Origin: a virus
Direction: 5' to 3' (one strand)
Virus record (IMG/VR): IMGVR_UViG_3300042698_000029
Location: 32,001-96,000 of that record
DNA length: 64,000 nucleotides
Position 1 is the first letter of the stretch, and each line of letters starts with the position of its first letter. Below are positions 1 to 8,789 of the stretch, piece after piece. Position numbers and translations under genes: made by a program. Below the pieces are notes generated by a model. The model saw only the letters and a program-made list of their open reading frames with translations. It had not been told where the DNA came from and did not search any database.

Positions 1-86
1 GCTTCCAGCTGGAGATTCCGGGCCTCGGGCCGTGGATCCAGGATTCGCTCATGCAGGCCGCCGCGTCCGTGGCGGGGTGAGGAAGG

Positions 87-617
87 TCAGGCGGTGCCGG
101 TGCGGGAGGCCTGGTACTCCTGGATCTGCGAGAGCGTGTACAGGGGGCCGCTGCGCAGGGTGCAGACCGGGGTGGTGACCTTCTTCCAGTCCTTGCTGCG
201 GACGAGCTCGGCGGCCTGGGCGGGAGTGATGTCCAGGACGGCGGCGATTTCCTGGTGGCCGTACACATCGGGGATCCGGCGTTCGGCGTCGGCCTGCTCC
301 TGCTGGAGGTCGAACTCGTCCTCGGACAGGGCGTCGATGACCTGGAGCACGGTGTGTACGCCGGTCCGGCGCAGGGCCTCCGTCGCCAGGGGGACCGCGT
401 AGGCCACGGCCGCGTCGAGGGTGATGGCCCTGACGCTTGTCTGTACGCTGACGCGGCTGGATTCCTCCATGGACACGGCGCCGTGCACGGGCTCCAGGGC
501 CCGGTGGAGGTTCTCGGCGCCCGTCGTGGTGAGGGGCGGGCTGCACTGGAAGGCCAGGCGTACGGACCACCACTGGGCGGGGTCGGGGTAGGTGGTGGCG
601 GTCAGCTGGTCGGACAT
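87..617 (-). CDS. Actinobacterial HTH DNA-binding protein (N-terminal alpha/beta domain plus AlpA/excisionase-like C-terminal HTH)
   Basis: 3' part of ORF 87..1292, ATG at 617; C-terminal IPDVYGHQEIAAVLDIT...LRSGPLYTLSQIQEY resembles the common actinobacterial PELVGxxEIAxxLGVSRQ...GPVW module. Confidence 0.6.
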   Translation of the reverse strand: MSDQLTATTYPDPAQWWSVRLAFQCSPPLTTTGAENLHRALEPVHGAVSMEESSRVSVQTSVRAITLDAAVAYAVPLATEALRRTGVHTVLQVIDALSEDEFDLQQEQADAERRIPDVYGHQEIAAVLDITPAQAAELVRSKDWKKVTTPVCTLRSGPLYTLSQIQEYQASRTGTA

Positions 618-716
618 GGGGAACCTTTCGCAGAGGCGGGGACTCATTCTTGCCGCAGGGGAGGGACCGGGTAAGGCTTCCGGTGCGTGAGGCTGGTCAC
701 GTCCTACCCTGAGCGG

Positions 717-1196
717 ATGAGCAGGGAAATCGGTGGTACGGATATTCCGGTGGTGCGCGGCTTCACCTATGAGGACTGCACCGGCAGTGAGACGGGACGG
801 TGCGGGCTGTGTTCTTCGTGTGCGAGGGCGGCTTCCTCGACGGTGACGGCGATGGTGGTGGACTGGCGGTACACGCGGCGGGGCCGCAGCTTCCCCTCCT
901 CCAATGCGGAGGAACAGCGGTATGCGGTGAACCTGTCGAAGCGGCTGCTGGCGATGCTGGGCCTGCCGGGCGGGGCGGAGCCGCTGTGCCCGGAGTGCAC
1001 GCGCGCGAAGGAGGCGAAGTGTGCGCTGTGCCTGCTGGGTGCGGGTGCGCTTGCGGGGGAAGGACCCGGGCCGACCGCTCGAAGTGAGCCCGGATCCCCC
1101 GTGCGTACGCGGGGTGATCGTAGCGTCACAGTGGCGCCGGTGAATGAAGCGGCGCGGTTTTCGCAGGAGATGGACAAGACGGCGGGTGCGGCTTAA
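717..1196 (+). CDS. Cys-rich hypothetical protein (putative Zn-binding)
   Basis: CGLCSSC and CPEC...CALC motifs; ATG 717 preceded by -10-like TACCCT 6 nt upstream. Confidence 0.5.
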   Translation: MSREIGGTDIPVVRGFTYEDCTGSETGRCGLCSSCARAASSTVTAMVVDWRYTRRGRSFPSSNAEEQRYAVNLSKRLLAMLGLPGGAEPLCPECTRAKEAKCALCLLGAGALAGEGPGPTARSEPGSPVRTRGDRSVTVAPVNEAARFSQEMDKTAGAA

Positions 1197-1242
1197 TGTG
1201 GAGGCTCGGTGATCGGGACGGCTCTCGTGGGGGCCCGCCCCG

Positions 1243-1670
1243 GGAAAGGCCGCCTCTTCCGCACTCGTAGGGGCGGCCTTTCCTGTGTGCACATCCGGGC
1301 GGCCGGTCCGCTAGAGTGAGGCCTGTGAGTTGATCCGCGAGAGCCGTCTTTCCACCACTCGGGGGAGGCGGCTTTCGTGTGTGCGCAGAGGATCTGTTTG
1401 CCCGGTATCCTGAGCACGTCGCATGAGAGGTCCCTCCGCGCTCTCCGAGCCTGCGCGGAGGGACCTGGTTCCGGGAGCGCCGCCCTTCCTCCAGCCGGAC
1501 GGGGCGGCGCTTTCGTATGGACAAGACCGGCGCAGGGCGGCTAGGTTGGTGGTGACCCGGAAACGACACCGTCCGAGCGCTTACCGGCCAGATGCCCTCT
1601 GACCGGAACCCTTCCTTTGCAGGTGCTCGAACTTCTTGTTGTAGCCCCATCCCCGCCAAGGGATGGGGCT
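1243..1670. terminator. Cluster of five terminator-like GC-rich hairpins
   Basis: Inverted repeats at 1243-1283, 1339-1376, 1428-1466, 1476-1511 and 1643-1670; four have CTTTC at or just after the 3' arm. Confidence 0.65.
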
Positions 1671-1691
1671 TTCCTTCGTATTGGGGTGGGG

Positions 1692-2984
1692 TTAGTCGTC
1701 GTCCTCGTCGTTGTCGTCCTCGTCACAGGGCGGCTGGTGTTCGAGGTCGCGGTCCATGAGCTCGTTCTCGCGGGCGATGCTCGCGTTCTCCAGAGCCATG
1801 CGTTCCAGCTCCAGCTCGATCTTCTTCTTGAGCTCGGGCTCGCAGACGTCGCAGTCGGAGATGCAGCTCATGACGTGGACGCCGTCCAGCGGCAAGCAGA
1901 TGGTGTGGCTCCAGCCGTAGAGACGCTGGGCGCGGGCGGTGACCTTCCCGTCGGCCGTGACCAGTCCGGCCTTGACCAGGTCGGCCATGACCGCCTTGAC
2001 GGCGGCGTCGCGCTCTTCCTGGGTGAGGGTAGGGGCGGCGTCGGCGGTGACGCCGGTCGGGACCTGGATGCGGGCGGTACGGGCCACGGCGGCCTGGCGT
2101 GCGGCTGCCTCGACCTCGACCAGCTTGGGGGACAGGACGGAGACGGCCTCCGGCTTCGGGGACAGGCCGGTCAGGGGGCGGCGTACGACGGGCACGGCGC
2201 CGGTGGAGGCGGCGGAGTCGACCACCCGCAGGACGACTTCGTCCACGGTGAGGGTGATGGTGTGCTCTTCCACCAGCTGGTGGAAGCGGTGGTTGACCGC
2301 GTGGCAGCGGTTCTCGTTGCGGTAGAAGTGCGTGGCCGCCTCTGAGTGCTCCTCGCTTTCGCCTTCGGTGTGGGAGCGGGTGGAGACGTAGCCGACGGAG
2401 GTGGAGTACGCGGAGGTCGTACCCATCTCGACGTGGCTGGACTGGGCGCGCGACACCCGCGACAGCGAGGTGAGGAACGTGCTGGTGGTGGAGGAGTCGT
2501 GGGAGGACCCGCCGACGGAGCCGCCGATCTCGAAGAAGCCGAGGTCGAGGCCAGCGCCGCCGGAGCCGGACATGGACGAGTCGTGGTGGGTGGAGGCCTC
2601 GCGGCCGGAGGTGACCGAGGACAGCGAGGAGAAGGCGCTCGCCATGCCCGCGTTGTAGTAGGAGGACGCGGAGGTGTGGGCTTCGCGGTGGACGCGGCTG
2701 GTCTCGGTGTCGTACGAGAACTTCGATGCGCGGTCCTGGATGGACAGGCGGACGGTCTGGCCCGGGAGCAGCGTGACCGTCTTGACGACGGGGCCGAGCA
2801 TGGTGGGGCCGGTCCTGTTGGTCAGCGTCAGGTGCCAGGTGGCTTCGACCTGGACGGCGGGCTGGCCGTCGGCGCGGGGTACGGCGTGCAGGATCCGGTA
2901 GGCGGGGCGGATCTGGTGGACGGGCTGACACCGTTTGAGGACGGGACAGCACTCGACGTCGTCGTGGGGAGGGGGCGTGGTCAT
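1692..2984 (-). CDS. Putative beta-pore-forming-toxin-like protein (430 aa)
   Basis: ATG 2984 with GGAGG RBS; long Ser/Thr-rich region around GAGLDLGFFEIGGSVGG; Cys clusters at both termini; C-terminal coiled coil and acidic tail. Confidence 0.55.
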   Translation of the reverse strand: MTTPPPHDDVECCPVLKRCQPVHQIRPAYRILHAVPRADGQPAVQVEATWHLTLTNRTGPTMLGPVVKTVTLLPGQTVRLSIQDRASKFSYDTETSRVHREAHTSASSYYNAGMASAFSSLSSVTSGREASTHHDSSMSGSGGAGLDLGFFEIGGSVGGSSHDSSTTSTFLTSLSRVSRAQSSHVEMGTTSAYSTSVGYVSTRSHTEGESEEHSEAATHFYRNENRCHAVNHRFHQLVEEHTITLTVDEVVLRVVDSAASTGAVPVVRRPLTGLSPKPEAVSVLSPKLVEVEAAARQAAVARTARIQVPTGVTADAAPTLTQEERDAAVKAVMADLVKAGLVTADGKVTARAQRLYGWSHTICLPLDGVHVMSCISDCDVCEPELKKKIELELERMALENASIARENELMDRDLEHQPPCDEDDNDEDDD

Positions 2985-3094
2985 GGGGTCCTCCAGGGAT
3001 GGGGCGGGCACGACCATTGTGCCGGTCGCGGACCCTCCGCGCAGCGGCGTGCGGGTGGCAGTATGGCGCCACGGAGGGGTTGTGAACTGGAGGA

Positions 3095-3319
3095 ATGATG
3101 ACGGTGCATGTGCGGGTGCTGGGTGGCCCGTTCTTCGACTTGATGTTCTGGCCCGGAGACACGGTGGGCGATCTGCGGCGGATGATGGAGGAGGCAACCG
3201 GTATGCCGATGGAGGCTCACCGGCTGTCGTTCCAGAGCAGGCAGCTCGATGACGACACGCGGCTGCTGGTGTCTTACGGCGTGACGGAGGCTTCGCTGGT
3301 GGTGGCCGTGCTGTATTGA
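3095..3319 (+). CDS. Ubiquitin-like protein (eukaryote-type beta-grasp), no C-terminal GG
   Basis: GGAGG RBS; hand alignment to ubiquitin gives about 22/73 identities (PGDTV, GMP, RLSF, QLDD, Y59 equivalent). Confidence 0.8.
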   Translation: MMTVHVRVLGGPFFDLMFWPGDTVGDLRRMMEEATGMPMEAHRLSFQSRQLDDDTRLLVSYGVTEASLVVAVLY

Positions 3320-3378
3320 GCGCGTGCCGCGCATGTCTGGTGTGCCCCGATTGACCGGGATGTGGTCTCTTGGGGTAC

Positions 3379-5781
3379 ATGACCGATTGGGAACTGGGGA
3401 TCGCGGCGGGTGTGGCCGCGCACATGCGGCAGGTGGAGCAGCGCGCGGTATGGGCCGAGGATCCGGTTCGCTGGGCGAAGGACGTGCTCGGAGTCCACCT
3501 GTGGTCCAAGCAGGCGGAGATCGCCCGCTCGGTGGTGGAGAACAAGAAGACCGTGGTGGCTTCGTGCCACGGCACCGGCAAGGCCCTGGATCCCGCGACC
3601 CCCCTGCCGGTGCCGGGCGGGGGTTTCAAGGCCATCGGAGACGTCGGCGTGGGGGACGTCGTATGCGGGTCGAACGGCATGCCGGTCACGGTCACAGCGG
3701 TCACGGGCGTCCATGTGGCGGACCGGTGGCGGCTGACGTTCGTCTCCCCGGCCGGGGCCTCGCGCATCGTGGCGTCGGGGGACCACGTGTGGCCGGTCCT
3801 GGACGGGCAGGACCAGGCGAGGATCGCGGTGGAGTGCGAGCGCCGGGGCATCGCGGGCAACGACTTCTCCGCGTGGCAGCACCGGGCCCGAAACGTCAGC
3901 ACTCGCGAGCTCATCCGGATGCTGAAGGGCGGTCAGATGCCCTTGGTCCCGGGAGAGGACACCTTTACCGGCAGGGTGAGGCCGCTCGATTTCTCAGGAG
4001 CCCCCGCTCTGCTGGACATGGTGCGGGAGCGGGGCGTGTGCGACCGGACGGGGATGTGGTCGCTGCTGTGGATGACGACCCCCTCGTCCGGGATCGCCCC
4101 GGATCCGCACGACGAGGTGCGCCGGGCCCTGACCGCTGCCGGGGTCAAGACGATCGCCTCCTGCAAGCGGGACACCACGGCGAAGTACTGGACGCTCTCG
4201 GCGATGGGGGATCCCCGGCTGCTGCCTGTTCTGCCGTCCCTGGACGACCGGGCCCTGGCGCGGCTGAGGTTCATGGCCCAGTCGGGGAAGAAGACGGCCC
4301 CGGACTATGGCGGGTGGAGGCTCACGGAGGCCTTGCAGCTGGAGGAGGGGGATGTCTGCTGCATCGAGGTGGACGCCCCGGACCGGCTGTACCTGGCGGG
4401 CAGGGAGCGGGTGCCGACCCACAACTCCATGATCGCTTCGGTGCTGACGTGCTGGTGGGTGGCGACCCGGCCCAGGAACGACGTGATCGCGGTCAGTACG
4501 GCTCCGACCTACGCCCAGGTCAACAAGATCATCTGGGAGGAGATCCGCAAGCACCACGCTACCGCGAAGACACGCGGGACTCCCCTGCCCGGCCGGGTGA
4601 CGCAGTCGGACGAGTGGAAGGACGACGACGGGCGCGTGCTGGGCTTCGGCCGCAAGCCCATGTCGGGGGACCGGCACGGCTTCCAGGGTATCCACCGCGA
4701 GTTCGTGCTGGCCGTGATCGATGAGTCCTGCGGTGTCCCTGAAGAGGTGTGGACGGGTGTCGAGGCCATCACCACCACCGACGGCTGCCGGATCCTGGCC
4801 ATCGGAAACCCCGACGACCGCAACACCGAGTTCGGCCGGGTGTTCCTCCGCCCGGAGCTGGCGGCCGACTGGAACCGCATCAAGGTGCCAGCGTCCTCGA
4901 CCCCCAATTTCACGGGCGAGAAGGTACCGAGCCTGCTGCGACGTGTGCTGGTGTCCCCGCAGTGGTGCGAAGAGCGGCGCCGCGACTGGGGTGAGAAGGA
5001 CGCCCGCTACATCGCCAAGGTGACAGCCGAGTTCCCCGCCACGAGTCAGTCGTCGCTGATCGGCCCTCACCTGATCGAAAGCGCCTTCGAGGATGTGCCC
5101 GCGCAGGAGCGCCGCAACGTGCTGAGGATCGGAGTCGACGTCGCGCGCTTCGGACCGGACTCCACGATCGTAGTCTCCTACTGCGGCCGGACGGCCCGGG
5201 TCGAAGACGCCTGGCACGGCACGGACACGACGTCATCGGCCTACCGGGTGCTGCGGATCGCCGAGGAGTGCAGGGAACGCCTGGACGCCCAGTGGACGGA
5301 GATCCGGGTGGACGCCGTAGGCCTCGGCGCCGGTGTGGTCGATACCCTCAACGCGCGCTCGGTCCTGCTGAAGGAGCCGTGGTTCACCGTGTACGAGATG
5401 CACGGCAGTGCAGCCCCTCCGGCGGACCTGGGCGGCTCGGTGCACGGCTACGGCAACGCACGTGCGTACTGGTACGACCAGCTGCGGCAGAACATCGGCA
5501 ACCAGACGGTGAAGGTCGAGGAGAACCAGACCATCAAGGACGATCTGGCGATCGTCTACTACGTGATGAAGAACGGCCGCATGTTCATCATCTCCAAGGA
5601 GGAGATGCGGACCAAGCACGGCCGCAGCCCCGACTACTCCGACGCCCTGGTCTACGCGACAGCGCCGGTGTTCGGCGGTATGGCCACCGGATCGCTGGTC
5701 TCGGAGGACGCGGCCGACCTGGCCGAGGAGCCCGAGGACGCCCATGACTTCAAGCGTGACCTCTCTATCTCCCCCTACTGA
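3379..5781 (+). CDS. terL: Terminase large subunit containing an intein
   Basis: Walker A SCHGTGK|S split by intein, Walker B LAVIDES, AIGNP, nuclease motifs IGVDVARFGPD and SPDYSDAL. Confidence 0.95.
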   Translation: MTDWELGIAAGVAAHMRQVEQRAVWAEDPVRWAKDVLGVHLWSKQAEIARSVVENKKTVVASCHGTGKALDPATPLPVPGGGFKAIGDVGVGDVVCGSNGMPVTVTAVTGVHVADRWRLTFVSPAGASRIVASGDHVWPVLDGQDQARIAVECERRGIAGNDFSAWQHRARNVSTRELIRMLKGGQMPLVPGEDTFTGRVRPLDFSGAPALLDMVRERGVCDRTGMWSLLWMTTPSSGIAPDPHDEVRRALTAAGVKTIASCKRDTTAKYWTLSAMGDPRLLPVLPSLDDRALARLRFMAQSGKKTAPDYGGWRLTEALQLEEGDVCCIEVDAPDRLYLAGRERVPTHNSMIASVLTCWWVATRPRNDVIAVSTAPTYAQVNKIIWEEIRKHHATAKTRGTPLPGRVTQSDEWKDDDGRVLGFGRKPMSGDRHGFQGIHREFVLAVIDESCGVPEEVWTGVEAITTTDGCRILAIGNPDDRNTEFGRVFLRPELAADWNRIKVPASSTPNFTGEKVPSLLRRVLVSPQWCEERRRDWGEKDARYIAKVTAEFPATSQSSLIGPHLIESAFEDVPAQERRNVLRIGVDVARFGPDSTIVVSYCGRTARVEDAWHGTDTTSSAYRVLRIAEECRERLDAQWTEIRVDAVGLGAGVVDTLNARSVLLKEPWFTVYEMHGSAAPPADLGGSVHGYGNARAYWYDQLRQNIGNQTVKVEENQTIKDDLAIVYYVMKNGRMFIISKEEMRTKHGRSPDYSDALVYATAPVFGGMATGSLVSEDAADLAEEPEDAHDFKRDLSISPY
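3583..4425 (+). mobile_element. Class 3 intein (281 aa) with degenerate LAGLIDADG region
   Basis: Starts with Ala (ALDPATP), block B DHVW, block F VCCIEV, block G PTHN followed by Ser; inserted in Walker A. Confidence 0.9.
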
Positions 5782-5830
5782 CCGTTCATGTCCCACCTGT
5801 ACGGGTATGACCCTAAGTAGACTGAATGGC

Positions 5831-6001
5831 ATGACTCGTACCGAAGACAGCAGTACGTCCGGAACGCTGTACGAGGCCCTCGCCGGGCTCCGCGACAGGG
5901 TGGACGAACTGGAGCGCGCACTGGCTTCCCTGCGCCGTCAGCGGCCCCGCAACGGCGACGGGACGTGGATCCACCCACTGAGCGGGCCCCTGCGGGCCTG
6001 A
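5831..6001 (+). CDS. Small coiled-coil protein
   Basis: LAGLRDRVDELERALASL heptads; TAGACT 7 nt before ATG. Confidence 0.5.
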   Translation: MTRTEDSSTSGTLYEALAGLRDRVDELERALASLRRQRPRNGDGTWIHPLSGPLRA

Positions 6002-6023
6002 CTCGCGAAGAGAAGAGCACCAC

Positions 6024-6290
6024 ATGGAAAACTCCGGGTTCTGGCAGCGCACGCTCGACTGTGCGCTTCTGCTGTTCATCCTCGGCGTCATCGGTCTGAA
6101 GGTCGCCGACATCGTCAAGGTCATCTGTGTCGACTGGGGGCAGATCTTCACGGTCGCCGGGATCCTGGCCTTCATCGCGGTGCTGATCTGCGCAGTGCGC
6201 AACGCCTTCGCGGACGACGAGGACGAGATGCCGACTCTCCGCGACCACTCCGCATCGTCTCCGAAGACCGGGAAGGGCGGCGGCAAGTAG
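6024..6290 (+). CDS. Two-TM membrane protein (holin-like)
   Basis: Two hydrophobic segments and a charged C-terminus. Confidence 0.55.
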   Translation: MENSGFWQRTLDCALLLFILGVIGLKVADIVKVICVDWGQIFTVAGILAFIAVLICAVRNAFADDEDEMPTLRDHSASSPKTGKGGGK

Positions 6291-6634
6291 TGTTCCCCGA
6301 CACTCAGTCGGTGACGGTCGTCGGGTCCTACACCGGGCCCGACGGCCTGCCGCTGTCCGGCTTCGTCTACTACAGCGCCACTCAGGACCGTGTGCTGTCG
6401 GGCGATCCGGGCGTCCTGGTCCGCTGCGAGGGCCGCATGGAACTCTCGGAGACCGGTGAGGTCCGGGGCAAGTGGCTCAACCCCCACGCCTCCGGAGTCA
6501 GTCCGGGCGGCTGGGACTACAAGGTGATCGAGGCCTTCCACGGGTGCGACACCAGCCGGTACACGGTGTCGATCCCGGAGGACGCGTCCCCTACGGAGGA
6601 GCTCGACATCAACCTGCTGCCCAGGGTTGTGTAA
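6290..6634 (+). CDS. Virion-type beta-rich protein, resembling the N-terminal domain of Streptomyces phage tail/fibre proteins
   Basis: VTVVGSYTGPDGLPLSG...GWDYKVIE...YTVSIP pattern; overlaps upstream stop. Confidence 0.5.
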   Translation: MFPDTQSVTVVGSYTGPDGLPLSGFVYYSATQDRVLSGDPGVLVRCEGRMELSETGEVRGKWLNPHASGVSPGGWDYKVIEAFHGCDTSRYTVSIPEDASPTEELDINLLPRVV

Positions 6635-6709
6635 ACCGCCTGAAAAGACACGTTGTGTCCTCTGCCTTCCGATTTACGCTGACAGGGAGGAACGGGGAGG
6701 GAGACCGCC

Positions 6710-6961
6710 ATGCCGGAGGACTACGTGTCGGGCCGTGACGTCTTCAGCCTGGTGATGTCGATCGACACGAAGGTGACCACCCTCCTTGCCGACGCTGAAC
6801 ACCTGGAACGCCGCGCGGAGGAGGACCGGGAGGCAATGGAGAAGTTCGCCGCCGAACTGGACACCCTCAAGAGCCGCTTTTACCTGCTGATGGTGGCCAC
6901 GGTGCTGGTCTCGGCGGGCATTGCGAAGTGGAGCGATCTGCTGGGGTTGTTCGCGAAATAG
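6710..6961 (+). CDS. Coiled-coil plus C-terminal TM protein (lysis-accessory-like)
   Basis: GGAGG RBS; coiled coil then one hydrophobic helix. Confidence 0.6.
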   Translation: MPEDYVSGRDVFSLVMSIDTKVTTLLADAEHLERRAEEDREAMEKFAAELDTLKSRFYLLMVATVLVSAGIAKWSDLLGLFAK

Positions 6962-7009
6962 GGTTGTGTCCGTATTGGACGGGGTTTGCAGGGGATTAAC
7001 CTGTATGGC

Positions 7010-8704
7010 ATGACACAGGTACCCGGGGACACCACCGCGCAGACCCTGCGGGCCATCGAGGAGATGGATGCCGAGCAGGCGTCCGCCCTCATCGAGACGC
7101 TGTCGCTCAGGAACGAGACGCTGCTCACTCAGCTCCAGGAAGCCGGGGAGTTCGGCACCGCGCAGCTCGCCCTGGAGGACATGGGCTGGCGCCCCCTGCT
7201 CGGGGTCTCCGACGGAGCCAACTGCTTCACCCTGCGCAACCTCCACGACATCAGCGAGCTGTGCCGGGCCGTGGCGACCATCAACCCCCTGGTCGGCCGG
7301 GGCCTGGAGGTCCGGGCCGGGTACGTGTGGGGGCCCAGCGTGAAGATCGTGGCGGAGGAATTCCTGCCGAAGCCCGGCCGCCCCCGGACCGTGAACACCA
7401 CCCCTCGGCTGCCGGACGGGCTGGAGGACGTGCTGACCGGCGCACAGGCACAGTGGGAGATCGACCAGAGTGCCGCGTGCGACGGCAACCTGTTCTTCCT
7501 GATCGACCGCAAGAACCAGACGGTGCAGCGGATTCCGCTGGAGAACATCACCGACGGCGTCAGCCAGCGGGGCAACCGCGAGCGGCTCATGTACATCCGG
7601 CGTACCTGGGACGACTACGACCTGGAGCAGATCCCCATCAGGGTGGACCGGCTGCCCATCACCAAGCCGGGCCCGGACCGCCGGGGCCTGGGGATGACCT
7701 GGGACCAGGCCAGCTCGCCGCAGAACGTGGTGTCGAGTGCCTATCGCACCACGTGGTATCCGACGCAGTACGTGACCGGCTCGGTCCGCTCCTCCATCAA
7801 CGGCGAAGAGGTGGACCGCAGCAAGGTCATGATTCACGCCGCGTTCAACCGGAAGATCGGGTGGCGCTGGGGGGTGCCCGATGTCCTTCCGGCGGTGTGG
7901 TGGACGAAGGCGTACAAGGAGTTCCTGGAGAACTCGGCCATCCTGACCAAGGCGTACGCCCGGTTCGCGTGGAAGATCACCAATGACAAGTCCCGCAACG
8001 TCAAGCGGACGGCCGCCGCCCTTGCGGCCACTCCCCAGCGGGATCCGGCCACCGGTGTCCCCATGCAGGTCGGTGCTTCCGCCGTGCTGGGAGCGGGACA
8101 GGACCTCTCCGCCATTCAGCGCAACACCAGCGTGGACTTCGATGCGGGGCGCCCGCTCGCCGCGATGATCGCCGCTTCTCTGGGCGTGCCGCTTCCAGCG
8201 CTGACGTGTGACCCCACGACCGGCACCCGCTCCGCGACGCAGACCTTGGACACGTCCACGGTGCTGGTCATGAAGGCCCGGCAGAAGACCATGGACGAGA
8301 TCCTCAAGACCGTCTTCAAGGCGCTGGGGCTCAAGGTCAAACTCCGGTGGCCGGAGATCAACGACGAGCCGGTCCACCGACGGGTGCAGGCCATCGACAT
8401 GTCCGCGCGTCTGGGTGTTCTGAGGGCCTCCGAGACGCGGGCCATGGTCATCGACGCCTGGGGCGACAAGTGGGACGACTTCACCCTTGAACCGCCGACC
8501 CTCAACGAGCTGCCGTGGGCCATCCGGCCCAAGCCGGTCGTCGCACCGGCGCGTACACCCGGCAGCCGGACCCAGCGCGCGGTGGCCGGGGCTGCGGGGA
8601 ACACCGGCACGGGCAGTGATGCGCCGCGTCAGCCGGACCCGATGAGCAGGGGCGACCACGAACTCAGGGACGAAGGAACTCAGGAGCACACGCGAGAAGC
8701 CTGA
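7010..8704 (+). CDS. Portal protein
   Basis: Position after TerL; LALEDMGW, NPLVGRGLEVRAGYVWG, GWRWGVPD, GRPLAAMIAASLGVP typical of actinophage portals. Confidence 0.88.
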   Translation: MTQVPGDTTAQTLRAIEEMDAEQASALIETLSLRNETLLTQLQEAGEFGTAQLALEDMGWRPLLGVSDGANCFTLRNLHDISELCRAVATINPLVGRGLEVRAGYVWGPSVKIVAEEFLPKPGRPRTVNTTPRLPDGLEDVLTGAQAQWEIDQSAACDGNLFFLIDRKNQTVQRIPLENITDGVSQRGNRERLMYIRRTWDDYDLEQIPIRVDRLPITKPGPDRRGLGMTWDQASSPQNVVSSAYRTTWYPTQYVTGSVRSSINGEEVDRSKVMIHAAFNRKIGWRWGVPDVLPAVWWTKAYKEFLENSAILTKAYARFAWKITNDKSRNVKRTAAALAATPQRDPATGVPMQVGASAVLGAGQDLSAIQRNTSVDFDAGRPLAAMIAASLGVPLPALTCDPTTGTRSATQTLDTSTVLVMKARQKTMDEILKTVFKALGLKVKLRWPEINDEPVHRRVQAIDMSARLGVLRASETRAMVIDAWGDKWDDFTLEPPTLNELPWAIRPKPVVAPARTPGSRTQRAVAGAAGNTGTGSDAPRQPDPMSRGDHELRDEGTQEHTREA

Positions 8705-8789
8705 GAAACACCTTGTATCCCTTGTGTCCGAATAGCCCCGGATTCAGGCTATGGTAGGGATTGATCGAATCATCTCGTAAAGGTGCGAT

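Noticed and set aside
1-52. Possible partial CDS running off the left edge (minus strand, ATG at 52)
   Set aside because: Only 17 codons are visible, too little to support a call
618-1292. N-terminal extension of ORF 87..1292
   Set aside because: Arg/Pro-rich shadow overlapping the + strand gene; protein-like sequence begins at ATG 617
2985-3914. N-terminal extension of ORF 1692..3914
   Set aside because: Overlaps the ubiquitin-like gene and terL on the opposite strand; the RBS supports ATG 2984
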